From Bdellovibrionales bacterium (lineage in GTDB: Bacteria; Bdellovibrionota; Bdellovibrionia; Bdellovibrionales; UBA1609): a stretch of DNA of 64,000 bases. Below are positions 40,115 through 49,395 of the stretch, piece by piece. Position numbers and translations under genes: made by a program. The notes below the pieces were generated by a model that saw only the letters and a list, made by a program, of their open reading frames with translations, searched no databases and was not told the DNA's origin. How positions within the stretch are numbered: position 1 is the stretch's first letter; each line of letters begins with the position of its first letter. Where the stretch lies: assembly GCA_965261545.1 (NCBI GenBank), contig CBDHDF010000002.1, positions 197,080 through 261,079 of the forward strand, in the 5' to 3' direction.

Positions 40115-42027
40115 CCCGAGTTTGACAGCAGCATCTGCGTTAAAATGCGAAATTTCCAGAAATTGGGGTTGTACTGAAATATAATGGTAGCTGCTGGAAA
40201 AATTAAAATTGACGTAAAAAAAGTGTAGAAAACAAAATAGGATTTTATCGTTTTAAATATTGATATATCATAGAAATATGTAGAAAATGTCCTCATGTAC
40301 ATCCAAACGACTAAAAACTCAAAAGGTCAGTGCTACTACCACCTTGTGGAGTCCTACAGAGAAAAAGGCAAATCCAAAAAACGCATGCTCATGTCCTTAG
40401 GTAAGGCTGGAGAAGGAGGAGAGGATAAGATTAATAGTTTGGCGCAGGCCGTATCCCGCCACCGAGAGCTTCTCACTGTGAGTCAATTGGCTAAGGAGCT
40501 TTACATCGAAGAGACTTTCATTTTGGGTCCCTTGCTGATTTTACAAAAGTTGTTTGATCAACTGGGTATCAATAAGACCCTCAAAGACATAAAAGATTCT
40601 CATGAGAAAGTTCAATTTGATTTATGTAAGGTGATTTTTACCTTAGTTGCCACCCGATTTATTGCTCCTAGTTCCAAGTTAAAGGTTTTTGAGTATTGGC
40701 AAAAATCTTTTTACCCAGACATGATTAAGGGTGATTTGAGTCTCCAGCATATTTATCGGTCTATGGACTTACTTGCCTCCCATAAGGATGAAATAGAGAA
40801 CTCGCTTTATTGGGTGGGGCGAGATTTATTTAATTTCCAAGTAGACATTGTGTTGTATGATTTAACAACCTTACGCTTCGAGAGTACAAGAACAGACTTA
40901 GGGAAACTTCGTCAATTTGGCTATAGTAAAGAGAGACGATCAGACTGCACCCAAGTTGTCTTTGGTTTGTTGGTGAATCGGGATGGCATCCCTTTAGGTT
41001 TTGAGGTTTTCCCTGGTAATACTTTTGAAGGCAAGACGCTTTCAGATATTGTTGATAAAATGAGAAAAAAGTTTAATGTACGCCGTTTCATTTTTGTGGC
41101 TGATAGGGGGCTTTTATCAAAGGCTAATACTGACAAACTCAGTGAGGATCAAAGCGAGTTTATTGTTGGTATGAAGCTTGGATCTTTAAAAAAAGAAAAG
41201 AAACAAGAGGTCTATGATTTAAATCGTTTTAGCTGGGTATATGAGAATGAGCTTGCTGTTTACGAAACAGACCATGGGGGGCATAGATGTATTGTGACTT
41301 GGTCTAGGAAAAGAGCAGAGAGAGATAAAAAATCTAGAGAATCCCTTCTTGAAAAAATCGAAGGAAAACTATCTTCTAAAGGTGTTCAGTCTAGTACTTT
41401 TGTTTCCAATAAAGGTTATAAGAAATATGTAAAGATGGCTGACGACAAAAATAAAAAACCTGAATTAAATGCAGAACAAATAGAATTAGATGAAAAAATT
41501 GATGGTTTTTTTGCCGTCCTTACAAATGTCAAAGACTTGACGGCAGATGAGATTATTATCAACTACAAAGAATTGTGGAAAATTGAAGATGCTTTTGGTG
41601 AGTTAAAAGGGACTTTGAAAACACGTCCTGTTTTCCATTGGACAGACCAGAGGATTATTGGACATTTAACTCTATGCTTTTTAACTTATCTTTGTGAGGC
41701 CCACCTTACAAAATGTTTAAGAGATAAGAAGATGAACCTAAAAAGCCCAGCCATAGGCATTGGTCATGTTAAAGAGCGACCTTTAACTGTTGTAGAGGCC
41801 ATGAGGGAACTCAAGGAAGTTAGGGCTATCCCTGTTAAAATTCGTGATCAAGTCATTTGGACCCGCACAGATATCACTGGCAATGCCAACTCCTTATTTA
41901 AAGCCGCAGGCGTCCCCATCCCTCCCAGAATCCTTAATGCCCACAAGTGTGGATAAACAAAATACAACTATATGCGTTAATCCTTTAATATCATTCGTTT
42001 GACGCAGATGCTGCTGTCAAACTCGGG
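40115..42027 (+). mobile_element. IS1634-family element, copy 2 (1913 bp), with 241-bp target duplication
   Basis: Same IRs as copy 1; 39874-40114 repeated at 42028-42268. Confidence 0.95.
40295..41956 (+). CDS. IS1634-family transposase
   Basis: 553 aa, one substitution seen relative to 31136-32797. Confidence 0.95.
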   Translation: MYIQTTKNSKGQCYYHLVESYREKGKSKKRMLMSLGKAGEGGEDKINSLAQAVSRHRELLTVSQLAKELYIEETFILGPLLILQKLFDQLGINKTLKDIKDSHEKVQFDLCKVIFTLVATRFIAPSSKLKVFEYWQKSFYPDMIKGDLSLQHIYRSMDLLASHKDEIENSLYWVGRDLFNFQVDIVLYDLTTLRFESTRTDLGKLRQFGYSKERRSDCTQVVFGLLVNRDGIPLGFEVFPGNTFEGKTLSDIVDKMRKKFNVRRFIFVADRGLLSKANTDKLSEDQSEFIVGMKLGSLKKEKKQEVYDLNRFSWVYENELAVYETDHGGHRCIVTWSRKRAERDKKSRESLLEKIEGKLSSKGVQSSTFVSNKGYKKYVKMADDKNKKPELNAEQIELDEKIDGFFAVLTNVKDLTADEIIINYKELWKIEDAFGELKGTLKTRPVFHWTDQRIIGHLTLCFLTYLCEAHLTKCLRDKKMNLKSPAIGIGHVKERPLTVVEAMRELKEVRAIPVKIRDQVIWTRTDITGNANSLFKAAGVPIPPRILNAHKCG

Positions 42028-42728
42028 ATTAACAGTCGCGTCAAAACCGAAGGAAGGTTGTCTCCGTCGGGATAAGTCTAGAGGAAGCCTGATGACCGAT
42101 CTAGACGGCGTGCGGTGTATAGGGGGCATGAACCTAGTACAGGCTTCGTATCGGAACGTGGGAACCTGCTGGTGGATGATAAGGGAAACGCTATAAGGGA
42201 GACCCCCGAAGTGCTAAATACCGATGCCACCAACCAGGGGCAGAGTGATTCGTAGTAGTGATGAAGTTCTTGTAATGAGAATGGAGCGAAGGGGTCACAT
42301 GATTTATGGAAGTAGTCAGGCCAACTTGGTTATGCTGAGGAGGAGCCTAATGAAACGGAAAATCATAGGAGCCGTGTGAGGGGAGACTTTCAAGCACGGT
42401 TCTGTGAGGGGCAGTGGGGGAAGTTCCCACTGCCTACTCGATCAAATGTTTCTATGGCTTCCTCAAAGACTTCTAAACAAAAAGTTGTCTCAAGGCTATT
42501 AGAAAGTCTCCAAGACAGCACAAATCGGCTAAACCAATCTATCACAGCTACCCATAGGTGTTCGTGGTTTTTTTCTAATTTTAATTCCAAATTAATGGAA
42601 ATACTTTTCAAGCCTCCTTTTTTACATAGAGGGAAGTGGGCGATTTATAAATATTTATAGATGGTATTTTGAGAAATGGACGCAGATTGACATTTGATAT
42701 CCACGACAAGCCATGTGTTTTAAGAGAC

Positions 42729-43193
42729 TTAATTGTGTAACGAAAGAACTGTGGACTTTTGGGAACAACAGAATTTAAATTTCTTTCCACTTCCGCATGG
42801 ACAGGATTGATTTCTTCCAATTTTTTCGCTTTGGTCATTTTTCTGCTGTGATGCAGACATATCTTCAGTTACAATTTTTTTTTGCTTTTCATCTTCCAAA
42901 TCCTCATCCAAATTATCAAAAAGAATATCTCCTAGATTCTTGTGAAAGTAACGATTTTTAAATTGAGATATGAGCATCATAAAAATACATGTAAGAACCA
43001 AAAGTGTGAGTGAAGCAAAAAACAAAGAAGATGCTTGCATCTGAGTTAATGGGAGGATGAGTGCCAGTAAATAACCAAATCCAAATACCAATAAGGAAAT
43101 AAGAAGAGATATAAAGGATCCCAAAGAAAGTAATATTAAAAGTCCAAAAATCATTGCTATTTTTTGCTCCTGTCGAATACAATGAATCCGCAT
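42729..43193 (-). CDS. IS4-B passenger: two-TM membrane protein with C-terminal SEC-C zinc motif
   Basis: Hydrophobic N-half, acidic linker, KIGRNQSCPCGSGKKFKFCC. Confidence 0.85.
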   Translation of the reverse strand: MRIHCIRQEQKIAMIFGLLILLSLGSFISLLISLLVFGFGYLLALILPLTQMQASSLFFASLTLLVLTCIFMMLISQFKNRYFHKNLGDILFDNLDEDLEDEKQKKIVTEDMSASQQKNDQSEKIGRNQSCPCGSGKKFKFCCSQKSTVLSLHN

Positions 43194-43298
43194 AGATACA
43201 AGTGAGTTATCTACAGACTTAATGATTCTCGCGTTAGTATCTTAATAGGTCAAGATTAATTGGAGGAAATTTTTATTTTTTAAACGCAGGGGGCAAAT

Positions 43299-44543
43299 AT
43301 GAGCACGGAAGCTCAAACACTTAAAACGATCAAAAAATGTTTCAAGAAAGTTATTCCTGAAAAGGACTCTCGGGCAACCATTCCACCTCTTGAGTTTATT
43401 GTGGCTCTTGTCTTGTCATTCCAGGGAGACTCTAAGACATATTCAATAGAGGGAATTAGGAGGTTTATGATAAGTCATTTAGGATTAAGAATTGAAAGAC
43501 ACAGCTTCTGGGAAAGACTCTCTAGAAAAAGATTAAAAGAGCTTCTGAGTAAACTGGTTGAAATGCTCATGATAAAGCTATCTCATGGAGCTTTTCATGG
43601 GAGCAAAGCCATATTATTACAACTGGGAGTCTCAGACGTTCTTCTTGTTGACTCAAGCACAATAAGCCTTTGGGATGGAGCATCTGAGAATTTTCCAGGG
43701 ACAAGAACAAACGCAGGAATTAAATGGCACGCTTGTTTCAGTTTATTCAGTGGTATAATGACTTGGTTCGAATTAACTCCGTCTTCCACTAACGATAGGA
43801 AGTGCTTTCCTGATATAAAGGAACTCGTTGGAAAATTAGTCATCTTTGATTTGGGATATTGGGACTATGGCTTATTGTCATCTATTCATGAAGCTAAAGG
43901 ATTTTTCTTGTCTAGAGTGAAGTCAAATGCCTCTATTCTTATTGATGCTGTTGTTGAAGGTTTGCCAGATTACTATGTTGGAAAAGAGTTCTCTGATATT
44001 AAACTCAAGAAAAAAAACGATGTTGTTGAATTTATAGGCAGTGTCTTGTCCAATGGTAAATGGGTAAGTTTGAGAATTGTAGGCTTCTGGAATTCCTCCG
44101 AAAAACGCTATCATTGGTATTGCACGAATTTAGATGTGGCAGCGGAGTCCATATATCCAATTTATCGTTTACGTTGGCAATGTGAACTTATTTTCAAATC
44201 TTGTAAGAATTCTTTGAATGCAAATCAGATCACCTCAAACGATCAAAATATCATAGAGAGTCTTCTTCTTGCTTCATTAGCGGCTCACCTCACATCAAGT
44301 GTTGTTTTGAGGATAGGAAGAACTAAACTCAATAAGGAACAAAATAACTCCACATCGTTTCAAAGAGTTGCTAAGGTTACCGTCTTATTAGCCTCTGATT
44401 TTATCAAATATCTCCTAAGCTCATCTCAAAAGTATTTAAATATTTTGATAGAGAAGATCAAGATATTCTCCCATGAAATTTATGACACAAACTACCGACG
44501 GCGAAAAACATCAATGAATATGGCTAAAAAGGTCTTGCTATGA
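43299..44543 (+). CDS. IS4-family DDE transposase
   Basis: 414 aa, near-identical to 12278-13522. Confidence 0.95.
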   Translation: MSTEAQTLKTIKKCFKKVIPEKDSRATIPPLEFIVALVLSFQGDSKTYSIEGIRRFMISHLGLRIERHSFWERLSRKRLKELLSKLVEMLMIKLSHGAFHGSKAILLQLGVSDVLLVDSSTISLWDGASENFPGTRTNAGIKWHACFSLFSGIMTWFELTPSSTNDRKCFPDIKELVGKLVIFDLGYWDYGLLSSIHEAKGFFLSRVKSNASILIDAVVEGLPDYYVGKEFSDIKLKKKNDVVEFIGSVLSNGKWVSLRIVGFWNSSEKRYHWYCTNLDVAAESIYPIYRLRWQCELIFKSCKNSLNANQITSNDQNIIESLLLASLAAHLTSSVVLRIGRTKLNKEQNNSTSFQRVAKVTVLLASDFIKYLLSSSQKYLNILIEKIKIFSHEIYDTNYRRRKTSMNMAKKVLL

Positions 44544-44570
44544 AAGAATAAAAAACCACGAACACCTATG

Positions 44571-45048
44571 AGCCATCACGTCGTAAAATTTCTCCCCAGT
44601 TTGGAATTGATTCGTGATCCTTGGATTCAATTGAGACGACATCAATGTTGATCTTTGGATGGTCTTCAAATTTAATTTTTATGGAACTCTTTTTTGAGCG
44701 ATCAAATTCTGGACGACGCTCTGTACGTTTTTCGTAAGCTTTTCGCAGAAGCCCTTCAATGTAATTCAAGGCAGATTGATTATCTATCTCTTCGCCATCC
44801 CTAGATTTAAGGTAAATCCCAATGTCGGCATCAAAATCGCCGTCCTCATGGCGCTTGAGAATCGTAGTTTTGGCATAGCTTCCACTTCTGAGGGCTTTCT
44901 CGAAATCAAATTCGTCTTCAGACGTAATATAGGTGCCAAGGTTCTTCTCCAAAAAATCTAGCTCCTCTTTGGCTGCTTTCAACTGCCCCTTCGAGGGTCG
45001 TATTCCCTCCTTTATAAATTTCATAAATCTCGAATCTAACTCAGCCAC
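44571..45048 (-). pseudogene. CD-NTase (cGAS/DncV-like, CdnC-like) truncated by IS4-B
   Basis: SGSYAKTT...DFDADIGIYL...INIDVV nucleotidyltransferase motifs; AAAGGAG RBS before GTG at 45048; cut at ...WGEILRRDG. Confidence 0.8.
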
Positions 45049-45313
45049 TGTTTGGGCTCCTTTCATAAATTGCAACTTCAAAAGGGGAGGTGTTGTATGT
45101 AAAAGACTGTTATTATTAGACTTTTAGTGACAATGATGTGTAATCCCCACCCATTTTAATATGGTCTCTTTTTGAGACAAATCAAGGCTTTGGCCTTGAA
45201 AGTAATGGACTTTTTACATTTTAATCAAATCCAATACCCCCATTGTACCACATTATATCAATAATGTCAAGTATATATATTTCTACAACTAGATATTCAA
45301 TATATTTCGAATA

Positions 45314-45332
45314 ATACATTGTGAAAATGTAT
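45314..45332. promoter_or_regulatory. Inverted repeat ATACATT-N5-AATGTAT, candidate autoregulatory operator
   Basis: Perfect 7-bp IR 20 nt upstream of the AbiEi-like start codon. Confidence 0.4.
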
Positions 45333-45352
45333 CTATCTGTTATTATTAATAT

Positions 45353-46375
45353 ATGAAGGAATTAGATGGAATAGAACTATTAAAAAAGGTACTGCCAGGG
45401 CCAATCAATGAAATTGACCTGACTACTGGTGGGCTCCCTATGTGGGCAAATCAAATCGCACAGGTAGTCGTAGTAACATTTTCTTTAAAAGACCATCGAA
45501 TTGCTCTGGTAATACCAAAGAAGCAACTAGAATTCGACCAACTAGCACGACTGCAACGCCTTGTTGAGTCTAAATTGAATTTGCCAGCCCTGGTGGTTGC
45601 CGACAAAATCAATCCAAAGTACAGATCCCTGTTTGTTAGAAATAATGTTCCCTACATTTATAAGGATCAAGCAATCTATGCTCCGCAACTAGGATTAATT
45701 TTAAATGCTCGCAGACAATATCCCATAATTCGTGGGGCAATGCCTCATGTTGAAAATGTGTCTATTGGCCCCTTTGAGTTAAAAATACTTGCGGGATTTC
45801 TTACTCAAAGAATTAACCTACTAAATTTTAATCTCCTTGATTTAGCCTATGAGCTTAAACGACATGACTACAGGTGTTCTCAAGGCAAACTTTCTAATTC
45901 AATAAATCGACTCTTAATGTCTGGGTTTTTGACTTCTCACGGTAGCGGACCGAATAGAAAATTAAATTTTATTAATAGAAGTGAAGTCTGGCAAAAACTA
46001 AATGAAAATACATACCAAGGGTCTACTCGGATAATTCCTGCTGAATTTATTACGCAAGACTTAGACTTACCTTTAAGCAATGAGAGTGCGTTGGCAAAGT
46101 ATACTAATCTTGGGTATCCAGCCAAACCGATTTATGCAGTAACCAATAAACAGTTACAAGAAATTCAGGCAGAAGGAAATGCTTTCGGCGATTTTGGTAA
46201 TCCTTTGTTTTATTTCGATGTTCGCAAGGAAGACCCAAGATTGTTTTCCATAAATGGAGCTTTAAACCCCATAGAAGTATTTATGGACATGAAAGATAAT
46301 GGAGATGAAAGAATTCAAATCGAATTATCTAAAATGCTAAGGGAATTTAATTTGGAGGATTTAAGAGATGTCTAA
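45353..46375 (+). CDS. AbiEi-like antitoxin/transcriptional regulator
   Basis: Central wHTH (LLDLAYELK...SQGKLSNSINRL), LPLSNESALAKYTNL, NPIEVFMDMKDNGDERIQ; overlaps the next gene by 8 bp. Confidence 0.7.
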   Translation: MKELDGIELLKKVLPGPINEIDLTTGGLPMWANQIAQVVVVTFSLKDHRIALVIPKKQLEFDQLARLQRLVESKLNLPALVVADKINPKYRSLFVRNNVPYIYKDQAIYAPQLGLILNARRQYPIIRGAMPHVENVSIGPFELKILAGFLTQRINLLNFNLLDLAYELKRHDYRCSQGKLSNSINRLLMSGFLTSHGSGPNRKLNFINRSEVWQKLNENTYQGSTRIIPAEFITQDLDLPLSNESALAKYTNLGYPAKPIYAVTNKQLQEIQAEGNAFGDFGNPLFYFDVRKEDPRLFSINGALNPIEVFMDMKDNGDERIQIELSKMLREFNLEDLRDV

Positions 46376-47138
46376 AGTCAGAGGCGTAGACCATTTTTCA
46401 GAGTTTTTCAAAGATTTTTCGGATGAATATGTAATTATTGGTGGTACTGCGGCATCAGAAATTCTAAACGATAACGAACTTACTTTTAGAGCCACAAAAG
46501 ATGTGGACATGGTAATTCTCACAAACGACTCTCCTGCTTTAAATAGTCGTATCATTGAGTACGTCAAGCTAGGTCAGTTCAAAGCACAGGAAACCGTAGA
46601 GGGAAAAAGGTACTATAGATTTTCAGACCCAGCAGATGATAAATTCCCTAAGCTCCTAGAAATATTTGCTAGGAATGAATCTGGACTTGAGCTGGAAACA
46701 GGGCAACACATCATTCCAATAATAAATCAAGAGGCGGATCGTCTCAGCGCAATTTTACTCGACGATGACTATTTTGAATTGATAAGAGCCAATGCAGTCA
46801 AATCTAAAGAAGGTTATTCTTTAATAGATCCAAGAGTTAATATTTGTCTAAAGGCTAGAGCCTATCGAGAACTAACTCAACGTAAAGTAAATGGTGAAAA
46901 GGTGGACTCCCGAGAAATCGAAAAGCATAAAAAGGACGTTCTTCGAATTGCACTTGTTCTTGATGGAAGTAAAACGGTTTCACTTCCACAAGTCGTGTCT
47001 GATGATTTGAAACAAGTTCTAACCGAACTTAGCGCAATGGACGCCAAAGTCGTCGCTCAAGTCTTGAAGGGGCAACCAATTACAACAAAAGAGCCGTTGA
47101 TAAAAGCTATTGAAAATGAATTTGAATTTTTTAGTTAA
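46368..47138 (+). CDS. AbiEii-like nucleotidyltransferase toxin
   Basis: YVIIGGTAA...RATKDVDMV (G[G/S]...DxD), LKARAY...KHKKDVLRI. Confidence 0.75.
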   Translation: MSKVRGVDHFSEFFKDFSDEYVIIGGTAASEILNDNELTFRATKDVDMVILTNDSPALNSRIIEYVKLGQFKAQETVEGKRYYRFSDPADDKFPKLLEIFARNESGLELETGQHIIPIINQEADRLSAILLDDDYFELIRANAVKSKEGYSLIDPRVNICLKARAYRELTQRKVNGEKVDSREIEKHKKDVLRIALVLDGSKTVSLPQVVSDDLKQVLTELSAMDAKVVAQVLKGQPITTKEPLIKAIENEFEFFS

Positions 47139-47691
47139 GCCTCTTCTGTCTTCCAAACCAAGGAAATATTTTGAATTATGATAGTTCTGGCATCAGTTAA
47201 GGGTTGGTAATTTACACCTAATAGTTTTTAAAAGGTTCGGGTAACATTTTTGGATATGTTTTTCTAATTTTTTTTTCATTATCCACAACTAGCACTCCAC
47301 AATATAAGAATTTATTTTTAAAAACTTCATAACAACACAACCTCAAGGAACCAGTGGTACCATTTGGTTTTCTACAGTGTTCGCGTAGTCTCTTTGAGAT
47401 TTCTTGGTCAATTCCAGAATAAATAATGTAGAATAAATCTGAAATTTCATGTATCGGCTCACAATCATTTAGGGTGTGCTAACGATATACTGTAGATTAT
47501 ATACCCACAGCGTCAATCTGTGCCCTCTTCAATCAGCATTTAGTCATAGGTTGAGCTCGATACTGTCGGTTTAAGGCCTTAAAATTTTCATCAATCCTTA
47601 AGAGTTCAATACAAAGCACTTGTAGAGTCAATCTTGTGGGTAGATTCTTCTTAAACTGATAGTATTAAGTTAGACTAAAGGAGGGTAATTT

Positions 47692-47961
47692 CTACAGTAT
47701 ATTGTTAGCACACCCATCATTTAAACCAACTCCATTTGAATTATACTCCTTAGATTCCGTTTTTAGTTTGGCAATTTCTTCGCTGTTCAATTCCGCTCCT
47801 AAGAAATATACAGAGCTAGGAAGAAAGCGATTTCCGTCTTGGATTTTAAATTTACTTGAAAGCTCATGTTCTGTGTTGACGCCGATATTTCTCGCTTCTC
47901 TTTTTATAAGCGATAATAATTTGTATTCTAACGACGTCACTTCATTCGAACCATTACGCAT
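47692..47961 (-). CDS. Small hypothetical protein coupled to the upstream nuclease-like gene
   Basis: GAGG RBS and ATG at 47961 overlapping the upstream stop (ATGCGTAA). Confidence 0.45.
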   Translation of the reverse strand: MRNGSNEVTSLEYKLLSLIKREARNIGVNTEHELSSKFKIQDGNRFLPSSVYFLGAELNSEEIAKLKTESKEYNSNGVGLNDGCANNIL

Positions 47962-48385
47962 GCTTTTCCTCAACCAGCTCGAACTCATTTATAATAGGTA
48001 ATAGATCATGAGGTACGTTATCGCTGTGCCAATCTTTGTTTTTCTCCCAATTTGGCTGATTTAAAATTGGACGAATTTCATTAAATCTCTCTAGCGTTTC
48101 ATCATGAGGAAATAGATACCATTTATTATTTTTTCGATCAGGAAAACAAATGTATAGGTTCTTAAAATGGTATTTCTCAGCAAAGGTCACTCTAGCCTTA
48201 AGCTGAATATTAATTGATTCGCCTTTTAAATCTACAGCAATAAAGTCAGCGCCGTTCCAGTCATCTGAAAGTTTTATGCAACAAATACCAAAATTAGCGA
48301 AAATTGCTGACACTTTTTGGTAATTATAAATTTCTTTCTGTTTAGAGGAAAGGTTAATGTATTCGATTTTTTTGAGACTTATCAT
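47954..48385 (-). CDS. Hypothetical protein, PD-(D/E)XK nuclease-like
   Basis: QKEIYNYQKVSA...DDWNGADFIAV...INIQLKAR fits an E...D...(Q/E)xK motif. Confidence 0.65.
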   Translation of the reverse strand: MISLKKIEYINLSSKQKEIYNYQKVSAIFANFGICCIKLSDDWNGADFIAVDLKGESINIQLKARVTFAEKYHFKNLYICFPDRKNNKWYLFPHDETLERFNEIRPILNQPNWEKNKDWHSDNVPHDLLPIINEFELVEEKHA

Positions 48386-48571
48386 TTGAATTCCTAAATC
48401 CAGTTTTTGTATTGGTCATTAGCGCGACCACAATTTTTTTCCTACTGAAACTATTTATAACAACGTCTACTGAATGAGTAGATGCTGGAACATAGAATGA
48501 ATACCACATACACATTATGTAGAAAATCAAGTAGTTCATCAATTAGTTAATAGCGCAAAAATCAAGGCACC

Positions 48572-49196
48572 GTGTGCCACGAAGTCACGGAGGTGACATG
48601 CTGATGTGAAGATGGAGGTAGGTCCTCCGCACTCGGATTTCAGGATTTGAGTGCAAACAACCTTGCTGCTGCATGGGAGGCAAGGCCCTTGTAGTGAGCG
48701 AGCAAGGAAAAGGCCGTAGTAAACGGTCATGTAAGTACTAGGGAGATGAGCGAAAGCAAACCCACCGACGACGCATCGAAAGATTAACAGTCGCGTCAAA
48801 ACCGAAGGAAGGTTATCTCCGTCGGGATAAGTCTAGAGGAAGCCTGATGACCGATCTAGACGGCGTGCGGTGTATAGGGGGCATGAACCTAGTACAGGCT
48901 TCGTATCGGAACGTGGGAACCTGCTGGTGGATGATAAGGGAAACGTTATAAGGGAGACCCCCGAAGTGCTAAATACCGATGCCACCAACCAGGGGCAGAG
49001 TGATTCGTAGTAGTGATGAAGTTCTTGTAATGAGAATGGAGCGAAGGGGTCACATGATTTATGGAAGTAGTCAGGCCAACTTGGTTATGCTGAGGAGGAG
49101 CCTAATGAAACGGAAAATCATAGAGCCGTGTGAGGGGAGACTTTCAAGCACGGTTCTGTGAGGGGCAGTGGGGGAAGTTCCCACTGCCTACTCGAT
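48572..49196 (+). ncRNA. ORF-less group II intron, copy 2, uninterrupted (625 nt)
   Basis: GTGTG start; DIII-like cgtagtagtgatgaag..gtaatg..ggagcgaaggg; DV at 49123-49156; DVI ending AT; DIV only about 70 nt. Confidence 0.92.
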
Positions 49197-49233
49197 AGAT
49201 CGGCGTATTGCATTATTTGTTGAGTTGAAGCCA

Positions 49234-49395
49234 CTATGGGGCATCTCTGAGTAGGAACGACGTAATTCGAACCACCAAAAGAAGAATGGCTATGGCCCAA
49301 GCTCGTTTGGTTCCAAGCCTAAACTTGTACTCGTTCATTTGCAGCTTGAAGCTAATTTCGAGGATAATTTCATTATTTTTGTTTTGGTCTTTCAT
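49234..49395 (-). CDS. Possible small membrane protein (53 aa)
   Basis: Purine-rich RBS, MKDQNK..., hydrophobic AWAIAILLLVVRI. Confidence 0.35.
   Translation of the reverse strand: MKDQNKNNEIILEISFKLQMNEYKFRLGTKRAWAIAILLLVVRITSFLLRDAP

Larger units (their letters stand above)
39663..42442 (+). ncRNA. ORF-less group II intron, copy 1, interrupted by IS1634
   Basis: 5' GTGTG, domain V GAGCCGTGTGAGGGGAGACTTTCAAGCACGGTTC, domain VI ending CTACTCGAT; inserted with no TSD, antisense in IS3 orfB. Confidence 0.88.
39270..42552 (-). mobile_element. IS3-family remnant (orfB 3' part plus right end), split by the group II intron and truncated by IS4-B
   Basis: Joining 42443-42552 to 39343-39662 gives AVIDWFSRFVLSW...AIETF-GCPDIVNTDQGCQFTS...DNIMIERLWRSVKYE in frame; end TGAGGTGGACCCC at 39270. 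Confidence 0.9.
42553..44570 (+). mobile_element. IS4-family element B with passenger gene, copy 2 (2018 bp)
   Basis: IR CATAGGTGTTCGTGGTTTTTT; flanks CACAGCTACC / AGCCATCACG do not match (no TSD). Confidence 0.95.
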
